Assembly (NCBI GenBank): GCA_012295275.1 | Contig: CM022668.1 | Location: 8,990,001-9,054,000 of the forward strand | Direction: 5' to 3' | Length of the DNA stretch: 64,000 nt | Origin: Chrysomallon squamiferum | Taxonomy: Eukaryota > Animalia > Mollusca | Position numbers and translations under genes: made by a program | The notes under the pieces: model-generated | Databases searched by the model: none | Told to the model about the DNA's origin: nothing | What the model saw: the letters and a program-made list of their open reading frames with translations, nothing else | Shown: positions 29,895 to 43,032 of the stretch, piece by piece | Layout of the letters: every line of letters begins with the position of its first letter | Position numbering within the stretch: the stretch's first letter is position 1

Positions 29895-32800
29895 GAATGT
29901 ATTGTACACACACACAAACACACAACATATACACTCACAAATATATACACATGTATATATGAATGTGATAGTTATTTTAATATACACTCTCACACACACA
30001 CATAAATACATACATAATACATTCAAACAAATTTGACAGGTTTTGTATATACAGTTAAATACAGTGAAATCAGATAAAGCAATGGTTCAATATATGAACA
30101 AAGCAAAGCCAATTAACAGATTGATATTCAAATGACTGTTTACTTTCCAGATATACAGTTAATACTGTATATATGGGTAGTATATAGAATGGTATATACA
30201 CTTGACTCATCAATATTAATCATCTGTGTATGGGTCTTCACTATTATTTACTTGTTTACGTCCCAAATATGTACATGTCTGTGTGTCTGTGTGTGTGTGT
30301 GTGTGTGGGTTTGTGTGAGAGTGTATGTGTGTGATGTGTTTGGTATGTGTGTGTATGTATTTGTTTGTGCCTGTGTGTGTTTGTACATCTGTATTTTTGC
30401 ATGTGTTTGTATGTGTGCGTGTGTAATGTTGTGCACCCCAAACAAGAACCTGCATACATCAATCAGGGTATATTTTATCAGTAACAAATGTATTTTACAG
30501 CACACTCACCATTACCGTCGCCATATCCATACCCAGGAGGAGGCTGCTGCTGCTGCTGCTGCATTGCATTTGGATCAGGAGGGTAAGGCATCCCTGCTGG
30601 TGGGGGTGGTCCCTGCATGACCCCAGGGTCCCCAGGATAAGGGTACCCACCTGTGTTGACATCAGCTGAAGGCAAATGGTGTTTTTCATCTGAAACACGG
30701 GTAACCATTGATTTTTTACTCTTTGATATTTTTATATATCTGTGTTAATGTGTCTAATTCTTGCGTGCTATTTGTTACACAGATGTTGTTGTTGTTGTTG
30801 TTGTTGTTGTTTTTATTAATTATTTTGACTGTAATAAATATTATTATTGTTGTTGCCTCTTTCTTATTGCTGTTACAAATATTTTGGGTGTCATTGTTAC
30901 AATTATTATTGTCATTATGATTATTACTGTTGTTGTTGTTGTTGTTGTTGTTGTTATGTGATCACATTTAATAATTAAAACACTAAAGTGTACCAGAACT
31001 GTTTTAAAATAACTTACTTACAAATAATAATAATAATAATAACAATACTAATACAACAATAATAATAACAATAATAATAATAATAAATTATAAAAATAAG
31101 CATACAGCAAACACATCTAAAACCCAAGAAACAAGAACTCAAGACTGAGCAACATGTATTTATCCTTTTTTTCCAGTTCTAACTTCACTACAATTAGAAC
31201 TAACTAAAACTGTATCAGCATGTAACTTTCATGGGATACTGTAAGACACAGTGATTCAAACATCCTCAACCCTAACACTGTCCGTAATCTGGACATTATT
31301 AAAACAAATAATAATAATAATAAAAATAAAAATACAGCAGTGCACAAAACATACACAAAGACACACAGAGACACCTCATTCTACTTCTGTAAATATATTC
31401 AGAACTCACTTGAAGGCTGGTACGGTGATGGCATTTGTGGGTCATACCCTCCAGGGTATGCAGGAGGTGGATAAGCCCCAGAGGGTGGGGGCTGGTTTCC
31501 AGGTGGGGGGTACTGGGGCTGGTTTCCAGGTGGGGGGTACTGGGGTGGGGGTACTGGCTGCTCATTGGGGGGATGTACGTAAGCACCTGACGGCTGGGGA
31601 CTCGGTTTTGTCATAGTCATCATCACTGGAGCTGGAAAGAGAAGACATTTTTTTTTTTTTTTAGAAAATTGTATAAAACTAAATAATTGAATACACAGCT
31701 TTATCTTTCTCCAGTTGGAACAGACAGACAGAGTTCTTTTATTATTTTACATTTTTTGTAGTTGCTTTTAATATATATTACAAATTAACATTATTAATAT
31801 CATTAATATTTATTATTATTATCTTCGTCATCATCATTATCATCAGTTTATGTATTTATTTTCTACTGCATTTTGTTTTGTTTCATTTTTAAAAAAAAAA
31901 CAAAGAAAGCATTATTGAACTGTTATTTCTTTTCTTTTTATTCTCTTATTACAAATATTTTACAGCAAAGATATTAAGGTATGTCGTAATCAGTTTGTAA
32001 CCTTTATAACAATCTCACTAAGTTAAAAAAAAAAAGTTATATATTAGCTGTGTTAATGAAGGAATGATAAAAATACCAATAAACAAAGAAATTATTATTT
32101 CTTTCATATATAAATACAAAAAAAAAAAAAAAAAATTAATATATCGCTAAAATACTTGACCCACATAATCAGTTATTAATGTGTCCATACGAGCTATTCA
32201 GTGATCAGTGAGTCACTAAACACAAACTACTAGTGATCAGTGTCACTACACACAAGCTAATCAGTAATAAGTGTGTCACTAAACACAAGATAGTCTGTGA
32301 TCAGTGTTTCACTACACACAAGCTAGTCAGTGATCAATGTGTCACTATACACAAGCTAGTCAGTGATCAGTGTTTCACTACACACAAGCTAGTCAGTGAT
32401 AAGTGTCACTAAACACATACATTCATACATATATAGGTTAGTCGATGATTGCTGTATTTAGATTAGTCTATGACAGTAATAATGAACATGTGTGATTGTG
32501 TTAATGTGCCTGAATTTAATACTGATGAGAATAAATATTTTTATTCTTTTATCATCAAACAAATGTCCTTAATTATTTTGTAAACCACTGTTTTAGCACA
32601 CTTACTTTTCACAGATACAGAACAATAAATAAAGTATACATGCATATCTAAATTTAATACTAATGAGACTACAATAAATGTCGTATAGCAGTAAACATAT
32701 TTGATGTTTTGTTAATAATAATTCTGTCACAATCTTTGTACCTATAGTGACTTTATTAAACATCTGTGGTGATTAGCTGATAAAATTAGCTGTCTCAAAA

Positions 32801-34736
32801 TATTAATATTTGGCACTGATCTGATTAAACATCTTTAGTATTTAGTTAATAATACTAGTTGTATCAGAATATTTGTATCTAACACTGATCTGATTAAACA
32901 TCTTTAGTATTTAGTTAATAATAATTCTATCAGAATATTAGTATCTAGCACTGATCTGATTAAACATCTTTAGTATTTAGTTAATAATACTAGTTATATC
33001 AGAATATTTTGTATCTAACACTGATCTGATTAAACATCTTTAGTATTTAGTTAATAATAATTCTATCAGAATATTAGTATCTAGCACTGATCTGATTAAA
33101 CATCTTTAGTATTTAGTTAATAATACTAGTTATATCAGAATATTTGTATCTGGCACTGATCTTATTAAATATCTTTAGTATTTAGTTAATAATACTAGTT
33201 ATATCAGAATATTTGTATCTGGCACTGATCTGATTAAACATCTTTAGTTTTTAGTTAATAATACTAGTTATATCAGAATATTTGTATCTGGCACTGATCT
33301 GATTAAATATCTTTAGTATTTAGTTAATAATACTAGTTATATCAGAATATTTGTATCTAGCACTGATCTGATTAAATATCTTTAGTATTTAGTTAATAAT
33401 AATTCTATCTGAATATTACTATCTAAAACTGATTTTGTTAAATATCTTTGGCATTTTGTTATTCTCTCGAAATATTTGTATGTAGTAATGATTTTATTAA
33501 ATATCTTTGCTGTATTGTTGGTAATAGTAAGTGTCTCATAATATTAATACCTAGTATAGGTCTGATTAAACATCTTTAATGTTCAGTTGATATTGATGGT
33601 GGTGCCAAAACCAAAATAAAAATAAATAAAAAATTAAAAATATTGTTCTCACTACCTTCTTGTTTTAGTGGTACACACTGTTCAGCTGTCATTCCTTAAA
33701 CATGAAATACAACATTCACAAACAAAAACATAAAACTGGAAATTTAAAAAAATAAATAATAAATAAAACATGAAAGTAATAACAGATGATAAGCAAAATA
33801 AATAACAAATAAAAAAAAGAAAAATAAACAGATGATAAACAAAATAATAAAGTTAAGAAACAAGTAATAAATAAAACAGTGAAGAAATATGAAAGTGAAA
33901 AAAAATATATTAAACAAAATTAGATAGTGAAAAAAAATGGATAAAACAGGACACTTCAAAAACAGAAAATAAACAAAAGAAGATTTTGAAAAATTAAAAT
34001 ATAAAAGAATCTGACATTATCAGGATTATGGGAAATAAAATTCTAGAAAAATGAAATTAAAACTAAAATTTCCTTTAAAGAAATTTTAACTCGAAAAAAT
34101 GTAATGGCGAAATTTATGTCTAATTGATATTTACACATTTTTTTTACCCAAAAAACAGGAATAAGGAAAATTTAATTTTTTTATAAAATTATGAGTAAAT
34201 TTATGTCAAATGGTATCAACTAAAAAAGGAAAACTGTAATGAGGAATCTTTATAAATTGTACGTAAAAATTAAATATCAAAAGATTTTGAGGTTTGAATT
34301 AGGTCTTCTAATCCTTTCTGAACATGGCATGCTAATATTCTGTTCTACTGCCATCACTTGCATCATGCAAAACCTACAATTAAATCTGTTGTTAAAAAAA
34401 ATCACACACATTCTGATGTGAGAAACACTAAATCTGTTACGATAAAAAAGCTCACTGTTATTACTTCGGCCATGGAACTTATTCAGAACCTGTCCAGCTT
34501 TTCCTGATCTCTTGCAGCAGCAGTACACGATGATGCCAATAACAGCAACAAACAGCAACACTCCAATCACAATACCAACAGTCCTTCCAGTACTGAAGCA
34601 AAAATACACACATATATGTTAACTGTGCTAGAAGAAAAAACCACAGCATTTTTAAAGTGAAATTCAAAGAAAATATTTTCTTATTTGTACTCAGTTTTAT
34701 TCAACCAGATGTGTGCTATTCTGTTCACCTTTTAGA

Positions 34737-34787
<51 letters not shown>

Positions 34788-36553
34788 ATATCATATATAT
34801 ATATATATACATATATACATATATACACATATATACATATATATATATCTCATATATATCTCATATATATCAATCATGTGTGAAATGAAATCATGTGTTC
34901 AAACACTAACTACTGAAAAATGCTACAAACCTTTGTTCTAACCCTATTAAAAAGATATTTTCCACCTGTTACAAAGTAGCATTGAATTTCTAATTATTAT
35001 CTCTATTATACATTTTGCAACAAACAATAGCAACAACATTTTACCAGTGCTAAATAAAAACAAACATATGTGCACATGTAGTTAAAAAGGTTTGTATGTG
35101 TGTTTTATATCAATTTTTCTCCTATCCATGTGCATGAGTCATATATATAAATATATTGACAGACAGACAGATAGGTAGGTAGGTAGGTATATACATAGAC
35201 ACATATGTATGCAGACAGATTATAAATATGAATATAGATAAAGATACACACACACACACACACACATACATTTTATGTGACTTACTCGTCAAAATACCGG
35301 CAGCAATATTCTCTCTGACTACTTCCACAACATCGGTCATAGTCATCAGGTTCTCCTATCCTCGGACAAACAAAATAACCATACACTGTTCCGTTTCTGT
35401 CTCGATCAAACCGGTTCGTACAAATGTAAGGCACTGAAGGTGAAAATTAACAGAAATATAAGCATATAAAATTACAATATAAGATTGTATTAAAATTATA
35501 AATTAATTTAAATATTGAAAATTAATAGAAATATAAACATATAAAATTATAATATAAGATTATATTAAAATTATAAATAAATTTAAATATTGAAAATTAA
35601 TAGAAATATAAACATATAAAATTATAATATAAGATTATTTTAAAATTATAAATTAATTTAAATACTGACAATGTTTTTAAAAAAAATGATATTTAAATAT
35701 CTGCACTTCTTTTATTTATTTATTTATTTTTTTTTTTTTTTTACCACTGTATATTACAAAATTTATAAAATGAAATATACTTCTGTCTCTATGGTGATAA
35801 TATCTCGGACTTCTCATGTATCTGGAACCTCCATAGATAGAGCCTGCGAGGAAAGCAATCTGCCAGTTTGACCGAGTGAAAGGTCCAGAACCGTGTCGAA
35901 TGTAGCGAACCCTGCTGCCATAGCCAACGCGAACTCTCTGCCTGACTCGCACACGAGTTCTCACACTGGTTCCTCCATAGCGTGTTCGTCGAGAATCAGA
36001 AAAATCAACCACTGAAAAGTAATTATAGTTTCCTTCATTATAAACATTTAACTGCACTGCACGACTTCTTAAATATCTCTTAAATTCGTTTTAGTACTTT
36101 ATTGACACATACACACACAGAATACCTCAGAAAAATGTAAATTATAAAAACTGTAACAAATTGATTATAATAATAAATATGAAAAGATTTACTACTGTTT
36201 CATGAACAAACGTTACATATGGTTCTAGTAAATTAGTAATACTAGTAGTAGTACTAGTAGTAGTTGCTGTAGTAATAGAAGTAGTAGTAAAAGTAGTATA
36301 ACAATAGTAATAACAGTAGTAACATTACTTGATAGGAGTAATAATAGTAGTAATAGATGTTGCAGAGAATAAGTGTTTAGTCAACTTCCTGGGTACAAAA
36401 ACATACTCAGCAACACTGCTCGTCTACTGGTATTACAAAAACAAAAATGTTATCAAAATATTAATATATTTGAACTGTTAACAAAGTATGAAACGCACCT
36501 AAAGCAGCGATGATCAAAACACAGCAGAATGTTTTTAAAATCCAACTCCTCAT
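29395..36553 (-). CDS. Shisa-like / CX-module single-pass membrane adaptor protein (~355 aa, 8 coding exons)
   Basis: Exons (minus) 36553-36499, 36011-35781, 35433-35286, 34592-34456, 33694-33656, 31631-31410, 30689-30510, 29450-29395 all have GT-AG ends with compatible phases; total 1068 nt. Protein: signal peptide MRSWILKTFCCVLIIAALVV, R/G/Y-rich tract, Cys module CTNRFDRDRNGTVYGYFVCPRIGEPDDYDRCCGSSQREYCC (C-C-CC-CC), TM GIVIGVLLFVAVIGIIVY followed by CCCK, and a Pro/Tyr/Gln tail with PPQY, PPAY and PPGY motifs. Confidence 0.85.
30510..30689 (-). CDS. Shisa-like gene exon 7 (Pro/Gln-rich)
   Basis: tttcag acceptor and gtgagt donor; EKHHLPSADVNTGGYPYPGDPGVMQGPPPPAGMPYPPDPNAMQQQQQQPPPGYGYGDGN. 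Confidence 0.88.
31410..31631 (-). CDS. Shisa-like gene exon 6 (Pro-rich, PY motifs)
   Basis: tttccag acceptor and gtgagt donor; PVMMTMTKPSPQPSGAYVHPP...PPPQYPPPGNQPQYPPPGNQPPPSGAYPPPAYPGGYDPQMPSPYQPS. Confidence 0.88.
32170..32415. repeat. ~33-bp minisatellite, about 7 copies (intronic)
   Basis: GTGATCAGTGT(G/T)TCACTA(A/C)ACACAAGCTAGTCA units. Confidence 0.9.
32740..33590. repeat. 66-70-bp minisatellite, about 9 good copies with degenerate ends (intronic)
   Basis: CACTGATCTGATTAAACATCTTTAGTATTTAGTTAATAATA...TATCAGAATATTTGTATCT units at 32814, 32883, 32949, 33019 and onward. Confidence 0.95.
33656..33694 (-). CDS. Shisa-like gene 39-nt exon 5
   Basis: tttaag acceptor and gtagtg donor; symmetric phase 1; RMTAEQCVPLKQE. 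Skippable without frameshift. Confidence 0.55.
34456..34592 (-). CDS. Shisa-like gene exon 4 (TM helix and juxtamembrane Cys cluster)
   Basis: cttcag acceptor and gtgagc donor; TGRTVGIVIGVLLFVAVIGIIVYCCCKRSGKAGQVLNKFHGRSNN. Confidence 0.88.
35286..35433 (-). CDS. Shisa-like gene exon 3 (six-cysteine module)
   Basis: cttcag acceptor and gtaagt donor; PYICTNRFDRDRNGTVYGYFVCPRIGEPDDYDRCCGSSQREYCCRYFD. Confidence 0.9.
35441..35665. repeat. 75-bp tandem repeat x3 abutting a splice acceptor
   Basis: TGAAAATTAAYAGAAATATAA... starts at 35441, 35516 and 35591. Confidence 0.93.
35781..36011 (-). CDS. Shisa-like gene exon 2 (Arg/Gly/Tyr-rich region)
   Basis: ttttcag acceptor and gtatat donor; encodes VDFSDSRRTRYGGTSVRTRVRVRQRVRVGYGSRVRY...WQIAFLAGSIYGGSRY...HHRDR (within ORF 35716..36057). 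Confidence 0.8.
36499..36553 (-). CDS. Shisa-like gene coding exon 1 (signal peptide)
   Basis: ATG at 36553; MRSWILKTFCCVLIIAAL then G|GTGCGT phase-1 donor that joins the next exon in frame. Confidence 0.75.
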
Positions 36554-37532
36554 AGTGGATAAAACTAGTTGTTTATGCTGTCAAATTATGGAATTTCAAC
36601 TTATCTGTAATATCAACTGTATATTCATATTTTGCTACGCTTTTTACTGTAATAGAAACAGCCAACACTGTAAACAGTCGAAAATGCACAACCATTACTG
36701 CGCTTTCTGTTAACAACTTTGTACGACAGTCTAAAAAGTGCCTTAAAACCATTATCGATTATTAATAGTGATACTAGATAAATGTGTAAATGGTGACGCA
36801 TCTGCTGGCTTTGATATTAATATAATCTGAATTATTAATAGAAAATAGCCATGATTATGAATTATGCATTATATGCAAGCTGTAGTTAATGATTAGTGTG
36901 ACGGGGAACACTGAAGAATCCTCTTTTTTCTTTAGTACGCCCGTTGGATTATTTTTCGAATAAGACTATTCAAATATCATGATAGGTGCATCCCTGTCTC
37001 TAACACGGTCCATATAACAATTTTATAGTACAAGGTTACTGATATTCTCCAGTATTATCATTTAAAAAAGATATGTATACCTTACATGTAATAACCATTA
37101 ATTTAAACATCAGATTAAATCTATTTTACTTTTTATTTCCCCAGCTGGTTTATTTTTTATTTCCCCAGCTGGTTTATTTTTAGGGATATGTAAGTAACTG
37201 CTGATACTTATAGCCGAAGTACTTTTAAAAATATATATAATATACAAATATTGTCATCATTCTTTAAGATAAATTGCCTATGTGTAAGTTCGACTATTCA
37301 ATGTAGTGTTATTTTATTTTGTGCTTATTTTACATTCATAAAGTGAATACGATGATGATCATGATAATAATAACTATAATCAGCAGTGGACTATCACACT
37401 GAGCTTCTCTCGGGATATTTCAGTGAGCCGAACCAACCCTGAAAATAATAATAATAATAATCCAAAGTCTACGAAAACATGAAAGTCAAAGATGCGTGAG
37501 TTACAGTGGAGGCATTTACATTTTTGCTAATA

Positions 37533-37567
37533 CTTCCGGAAGAGAAGAACCTTGGACAACTTCCGGT
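37533..37567. promoter_or_regulatory. Paired ETS (GABP/NRF-2-type) sites in the shared promoter of NDUFB3 and the Shisa-like gene
   Basis: Palindromic CTTCCGGAAG at 37533-37542 and ACTTCCGGT at 37559-37567, 60-95 bp upstream of the NDUFB3 ATG. Tandem ETS sites are typical of nuclear OXPHOS and bidirectional promoters. Confidence 0.6.
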
Positions 37568-37627
37568 GGCTGAAGGTTGGGAAAGGTGATTTTTGTTTTT
37601 GTTGCAGGTTCCTGTCATTTTGACAAC

Positions 37628-38538
37628 ATGGGACATGACTACAAATTTGTCGTCCCAGACTGGCGACAGTTTAAAATTGACGGAATCAAAGAACTGGAGG
37701 ATGTGGAACGTGCTTTAAGGTCGCAGGGTTTAAAAGACCCGTGGATAAGGTAATTCCAATATGATTATCAATTTATCATTATCTAAAACTTGAGGAAAAG
37801 ATCAAAAATTAATAATAAAAAAAATGATCACAGAGTGATTTAGTTAATTAATAAAGTGATAGAAGTATTTATATTCTTAATAAATATAAGAAACATAAAC
37901 TGAAAAAAAATAGTGTTAAATATCGTAGTAGTATTAAATAAACGTGACTTATTAATATGAAGTGCATTGTCAGTGTCAGTGATACAGTAAATGAGTAATT
38001 ACTGTAATAGAAGAAGTTAAATAAATTCAAGTATGGTACTATGCACAGTCATGTTATAATGATAATGCATAAATATAATGGATTATGGTCAGAATGCTTT
38101 ATGAATATGAACGACCTTAAGCATTTTTTTTTTTTAATTTTAATTTTTTTATTTGTTAATTATTAATTAATTAATTAATTGTATTGTTTCTAGATGTGAT
38201 CATCATACATTTTAATTTTTCTTAATTAATATTTTGTGTCTGGCGAATTTCCACCAGGCCATATATTTTATGTGCAACACAGTAATGTATAAATTTATTA
38301 TCATTCAGCGCATATTGTTTATATTTTTAATAACTTTTAGGTTACATGTTTTTCTTCTAAGTTCTGACTTTTACCTTATATTATAATATGCATATGCATA
38401 AATAAATGTATTGTGAGAAATATTTTTGCTGTGAACTCAGTACAAAGCAGCAGAAATAAAACTGTTTTCTTTATTAAGAAAGAAACAGAACTTATGATCC
38501 AAAGCAGATAAGATGGCAGTGTGTTTATTCTGTGTTTG

Positions 38539-38572
<34 letters not shown>

Positions 38573-39376
38573 AATATGTGTGTATGATTTATAACCTTGT
38601 ATCAAAGAATGCATTTGATATAAAACGATTTCCCCCCGATAGGCACACATTATTTGAAGTTGAAAATGTTACTTTTGTTATACAATTTCATTCATGAAAT
38701 AATTTATTTAAGAATGCACTGTTTGATAATAAGCTTAATAATATAATCATTACAAACAGTTATTTCTAGTAGCACATAAATGTACATGATTTTGCCCACA
38801 CCAAATGGGAGATTGCCCTACCCCTATTATTTTTTTTGTAAATAATCAACATTATACACATAAACTTTATGTGCGATAAAGCATTCTAAATGAGTTGTCC
38901 TTCCAAGTATATTGCAGTCATATAAAATAATAAAGAACATTTTTTTTTTTTTTTTAAATTTGTTTACTTATAACTGAATATACTTACTTCATTTTATCAA
39001 ACATCTAAAAATGAGTGAAAAATATTAACTTTTCCAACCCAAAATATTATTATCAATAATAATAATAATAATAATAATAATGAAAGTGTATAATTTCTTT
39101 AATTTCTGTAATACCCACTTTTACATGCCTCCCCTCACATTGTCGATAATAATGATGATGATGTTGATAATAACAATTGTAACAAATATATATAATTCCT
39201 TTCTTTATACCTCTAGGAATGAAGTTTGGCGTTACAACCCAGAAACCTACATTGGTCCAGGAAAGGCAGGCTTGTGCAGTATCTTCCGAGGATTCAAGTG
39301 GGCTGTTGGTGCCATGATTTTGACCGTTGCAGCTGAGAAACTTTTATTAAAAAAAGATGATGACTCTCACCACTAA
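37628..39376 (+). CDS. NDUFB3: NADH dehydrogenase [ubiquinone] 1 beta subcomplex subunit 3 (complex I B12), 2 coding exons, 93 aa
   Basis: Exons 37628-37749 and 39217-39376 (phase-2 GT-AG intron): MGHDYKFVVPDWRQFKIDGIKELEDVERALRSQGLKDPWIR|NEVWRY...FRGFKWAVGAMILTVAAE...DDSHH. Contains the family signature GL.DPW.RNE.WRY, the PD..Q.KI motif, the GFKW TM segment and a His-containing C-terminus. Confidence 0.96.
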
Positions 39377-41293
39377 CTAGGGAGAAATGACTGAATTTTT
39401 TTTTTTTTTTTTTTTTTTTATAGAATAATTTTCTGAGATGGTACAGACGTAAGACTGAAGTAATATTGTACCAACAGTTTGTTGCAATTAACAGTAATTT
39501 ATCACTTGTAAAACGGTTTTTGTAATCCGTGATTCAAAACCAGCAGCTTACAGTAACTGAATCAGAAAACTAAAATAACAGCTGGTTAATGTTACTGATA
39601 ATTTGATAAAATATTACTCACATATTACCTGTATTGTGTTGTTTGTTTTTTCTCTGCATTTAGATGTATTTAATCAGTTCTTCAATTTACAGTTAAGGAA
39701 ACTTTTTAATTATTGTTAATACTATTAATTCTTATTATTATTATTATTATTATAATTTAAAATTACACTAATACTTGAATTTGTTTTAAAAAAAAAAAAA
39801 AAAAAAATATCTGAACATTTTTATTATGTCATAGTATAGTTTTAATGATATCTGTTAAGATCTCTGGCTGCATTTAAAAAAAAAAGAAATTGTAAATGGA
39901 TGTTAATGATAAAAAAAATTGGATTAAATTAAAATGATAAATAATATCATATATTATTTATTTTGAAGTCTGATATCAGTAATAATTACAGTTTATTTCT
40001 ATTATTGTCACTTAATACTTTAGAAGAAAAAACATTGATTAGTATAGATATTTTGTAAAGAAAATACTTTTAAAATATATATATATTTGTATTGCAAGCA
40101 TGTATGTACACACACATATATACATACATGTTTTTAATCATTTGAAATAGTAATTACAGACATCTGTCTGTATGCACTGGTAGTGATGGTGTTTTTGATC
40201 TTTTAAAGAAATAACACAGGTTTGTCAAAAAGAATATTCATGTATTTGTGTTACATTTAGGATAGTTAAACTTGAATATTATTTAAATGTAAAATGTGTA
40301 GTTAGTCATACTTTTTCCTTTTTTTTTGAAATATTTTTTATCTTATTATTATTATTTATTTATTTATTAGTGAATATGTGTGTGCTTTACATCTTTTTAT
40401 TTTATTTTATGTTTTGAGTAAGGATAAAATGAACAGAAGGAAATTTAAATTTCATAGACTTCACCTTTCACAAAAAGAACAATGAAAGAATATTTTTGTT
40501 GTTGTTGTTGTATTAATGCTTATAAATAAATAAACAATAACATATGTAACAGTAACAATGCTGATGTATTTGCCAAAGCCTAGACCTAAATAGCTTGTTT
40601 ATCATAACTGTAGTTAAATATAAACAGTGATTCTATTTGTATGACGTCATAATATGAGTTGCATTATTATAGTGTTCAAAACAATGTATCTTTCTTAATG
40701 GGCGTTTTTGCCCGAATATTAAATTATTTTCATTTTGAATTTAACCACCAGTAAAGGATATGTCAATTAAAAGTATTATTTTTTATTATTATTATTTTCG
40801 TTTTATATATATATATATATATATATTAAGTATAGATGTTTTTCTATAGTTCTAAACGATCGAACAGTTTGTTCATGTTCAGTTTGAAATTGGTCAAGTA
40901 AATTTAATAATAATAAACAACATAAAAATAACAATAACAATAATAAATTTAAAAATTCCTGCTGATATTAGGATAATGAAGCGGCTTGATTAAGGCACAA
41001 ACGAACGTAATAATGGGAAGGAAAGATAAATGGTAACTTTATATGCGAACATCGATGTTATTTGTCATCATGGAAGATCTTTGATTCTTAATCTATTAGT
41101 ACTAGTAAGCTTGATCAATCCTTGATTAACCCTTTCTGCCTTTTTGTCATTTGTAGACGGTTCTGAACGACTGGTCTGTCAAAGGTCAAGGTTTGTATTT
41201 CATGTCTAGGAAAGTGCATTTGAAAAATAACCAAACACATTCTAACAAGAGCAGTCCAGCTAACTTGGGCTGCACGTTACCTCTTGTTTTTAT

Positions 41294-41370
41294 ATGGTCC
41301 TTGACCATAATTATATATCCCACCATAAATCGTTGATAAAATATTTTGAGTGCCTTTTGTAAATACAATA
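41294..41370 (+). mobile_element. SINE 3' tail remnant
   Basis: TGGTCCTTGACCATA...CCATAAATCGTTGATAAAATATTTTGAGTGC...TAAATA; reverse-complement similarity to 21540-21640. Confidence 0.4.
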
Positions 41371-42083
41371 CTATACGTTTGCGGAAAATCTGTATTATGG
41401 CAATTTATATTGTATTCAAACGACCGCATTCTTTCACTGTAATTTTGATATGAATATTGTTGTTTCTGTTTTTTTTTTTTTGTGGTCGTCGTTGTTTCTG
41501 GGGTTTTTTCTCTGTGTGTTAGTTGTTTTGTTTTTGGGGGGGTTTGTAGTTTTTAGTAGTAGTAGTAGTTACTACTATTTCCATAAGATAACACAAGATC
41601 GGTTGATTGTAAAATCAGCAGTTTATTTACGAACAAAACAAATATATTTTAAATAGGGAATATATTACTCAACAAGCATACTTATATTTCTGGAAGACAT
41701 ATAAAATTTTTAAAAATTTAAATATAAATACAGCTAAAATCTAAATACAACTAAAATTTCTTATATTAGAAATAGGGGCAAAAGTATACTGTTCATAAAA
41801 ATTATAAATAAATATATTAATACAAAACAAACAATACTGAAATTACAAGCCTGATTTTATGGATTTGCAAAATAAAATATACTGGTAATTTTACGTAATT
41901 GTTATTTATTTATTTATTTATTTTCGAAGCGTTTTTTTTTTTTTATTTTTTTTTTTTTTTTTTTTTTATATTCCAGACTTGTAAATTCTAAAATCTCGAC
42001 GTAATAAATAATAATAGTTACGTCAGTGACGTCACATATTGCAACTAACCAATGGTTAAAAAATGGGTATCACAGCTTTGGTT

Positions 42084-42516
42084 CTATTTCTTCTGCGGTT
42101 TTTGGGCGGTCCACACTTTGACGAACTCCTGGTAACTGATTTTCTTGTCGTCGTCTTTACACCAAGCATTCAACAGAGCGGAAATCTTCTCAGCTTTGAT
42201 GTTCAGTTCATCGTCTGCTCTGATTGCATTGATGATTTCGTCTTTCGTAAGGAACCCACTTCCATCTCTGTCGATCTGCTTAAACGCCACTTCCATAGCG
42301 TGACCCGCTTGGCGTATGCCAAACACGGCCAAGAACTCTTCGTAGTCTAACTTCTGATTATCGTCCTTGGCCAGTGCTGAAAGTAGGTCGGCGATCTTTT
42401 CGGATTTAATGTCAAGGCCACAGTCTTTTGAGGTCGCGGAAGCGATTTCTGCTCGCGTCAGTGATCCGTTTTTGTCTTTATCCAAGATAAGGAATGCTCT
42501 TCGCAGCGCCATCTCT
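42084..42516 (-). CDS. EF-hand gene exon 3 (four EF-hands)
   Basis: gttacag acceptor; ORF 42084..42512 MALRRAFLILDKDKNGSLTRAEI... Confidence 0.93.
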
Positions 42517-42588
42517 CTGTAACAAATAATGGGAGGTAATAATGGTAACCCTCGTTATCAAAATTTATTTGTAATTCTTTATTTAATA

Positions 42589-42633
<45 letters not shown>

Positions 42634-42970
42634 AAATTATTAAAAATCATCATTATCACAAATATTCTAATGAACAAATTAAATTCATATCCAAAATAAT
42701 TTAATGTATATGTTTACGAGTTCATTAAGTGATTAAAATAATAATTTTATCCGGTAACAGAACCAGACTTACTTCATAGCGACTTTGGGAATTTTTTTAA
42801 TGGCTGCTAAATATTCTACTTTTGTTACTTTTCCATCTTTCGTCATATCAAGACCAGCAAATATTTTCTGAAAATAAAAATTATTATTATTTAATAGAAA
42901 GGTATTCACTAATCTGCCATTATAGAGTTTTATTATTCATACTTTCTTTAAACTGCACGTAATCATTCAG

Positions 42971-43032
<62 letters not shown>

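Noticed and set aside
32740-33590. ~68-bp periodic array as repeat-spacer CRISPR
   Set aside because: The whole unit is repeated with only two alternating variants; it is an intronic minisatellite.
39080-39216. N-terminal part of ORF 39080..39376
   Set aside because: Intronic; the real NDUFB3 exon starts at 39217 and splices to 37628-37749.
42063-42350. Plus-strand ORFs overlapping the EF-hand gene (also 45722-46079)
   Set aside because: Antisense shadows of GC-rich coding exons.
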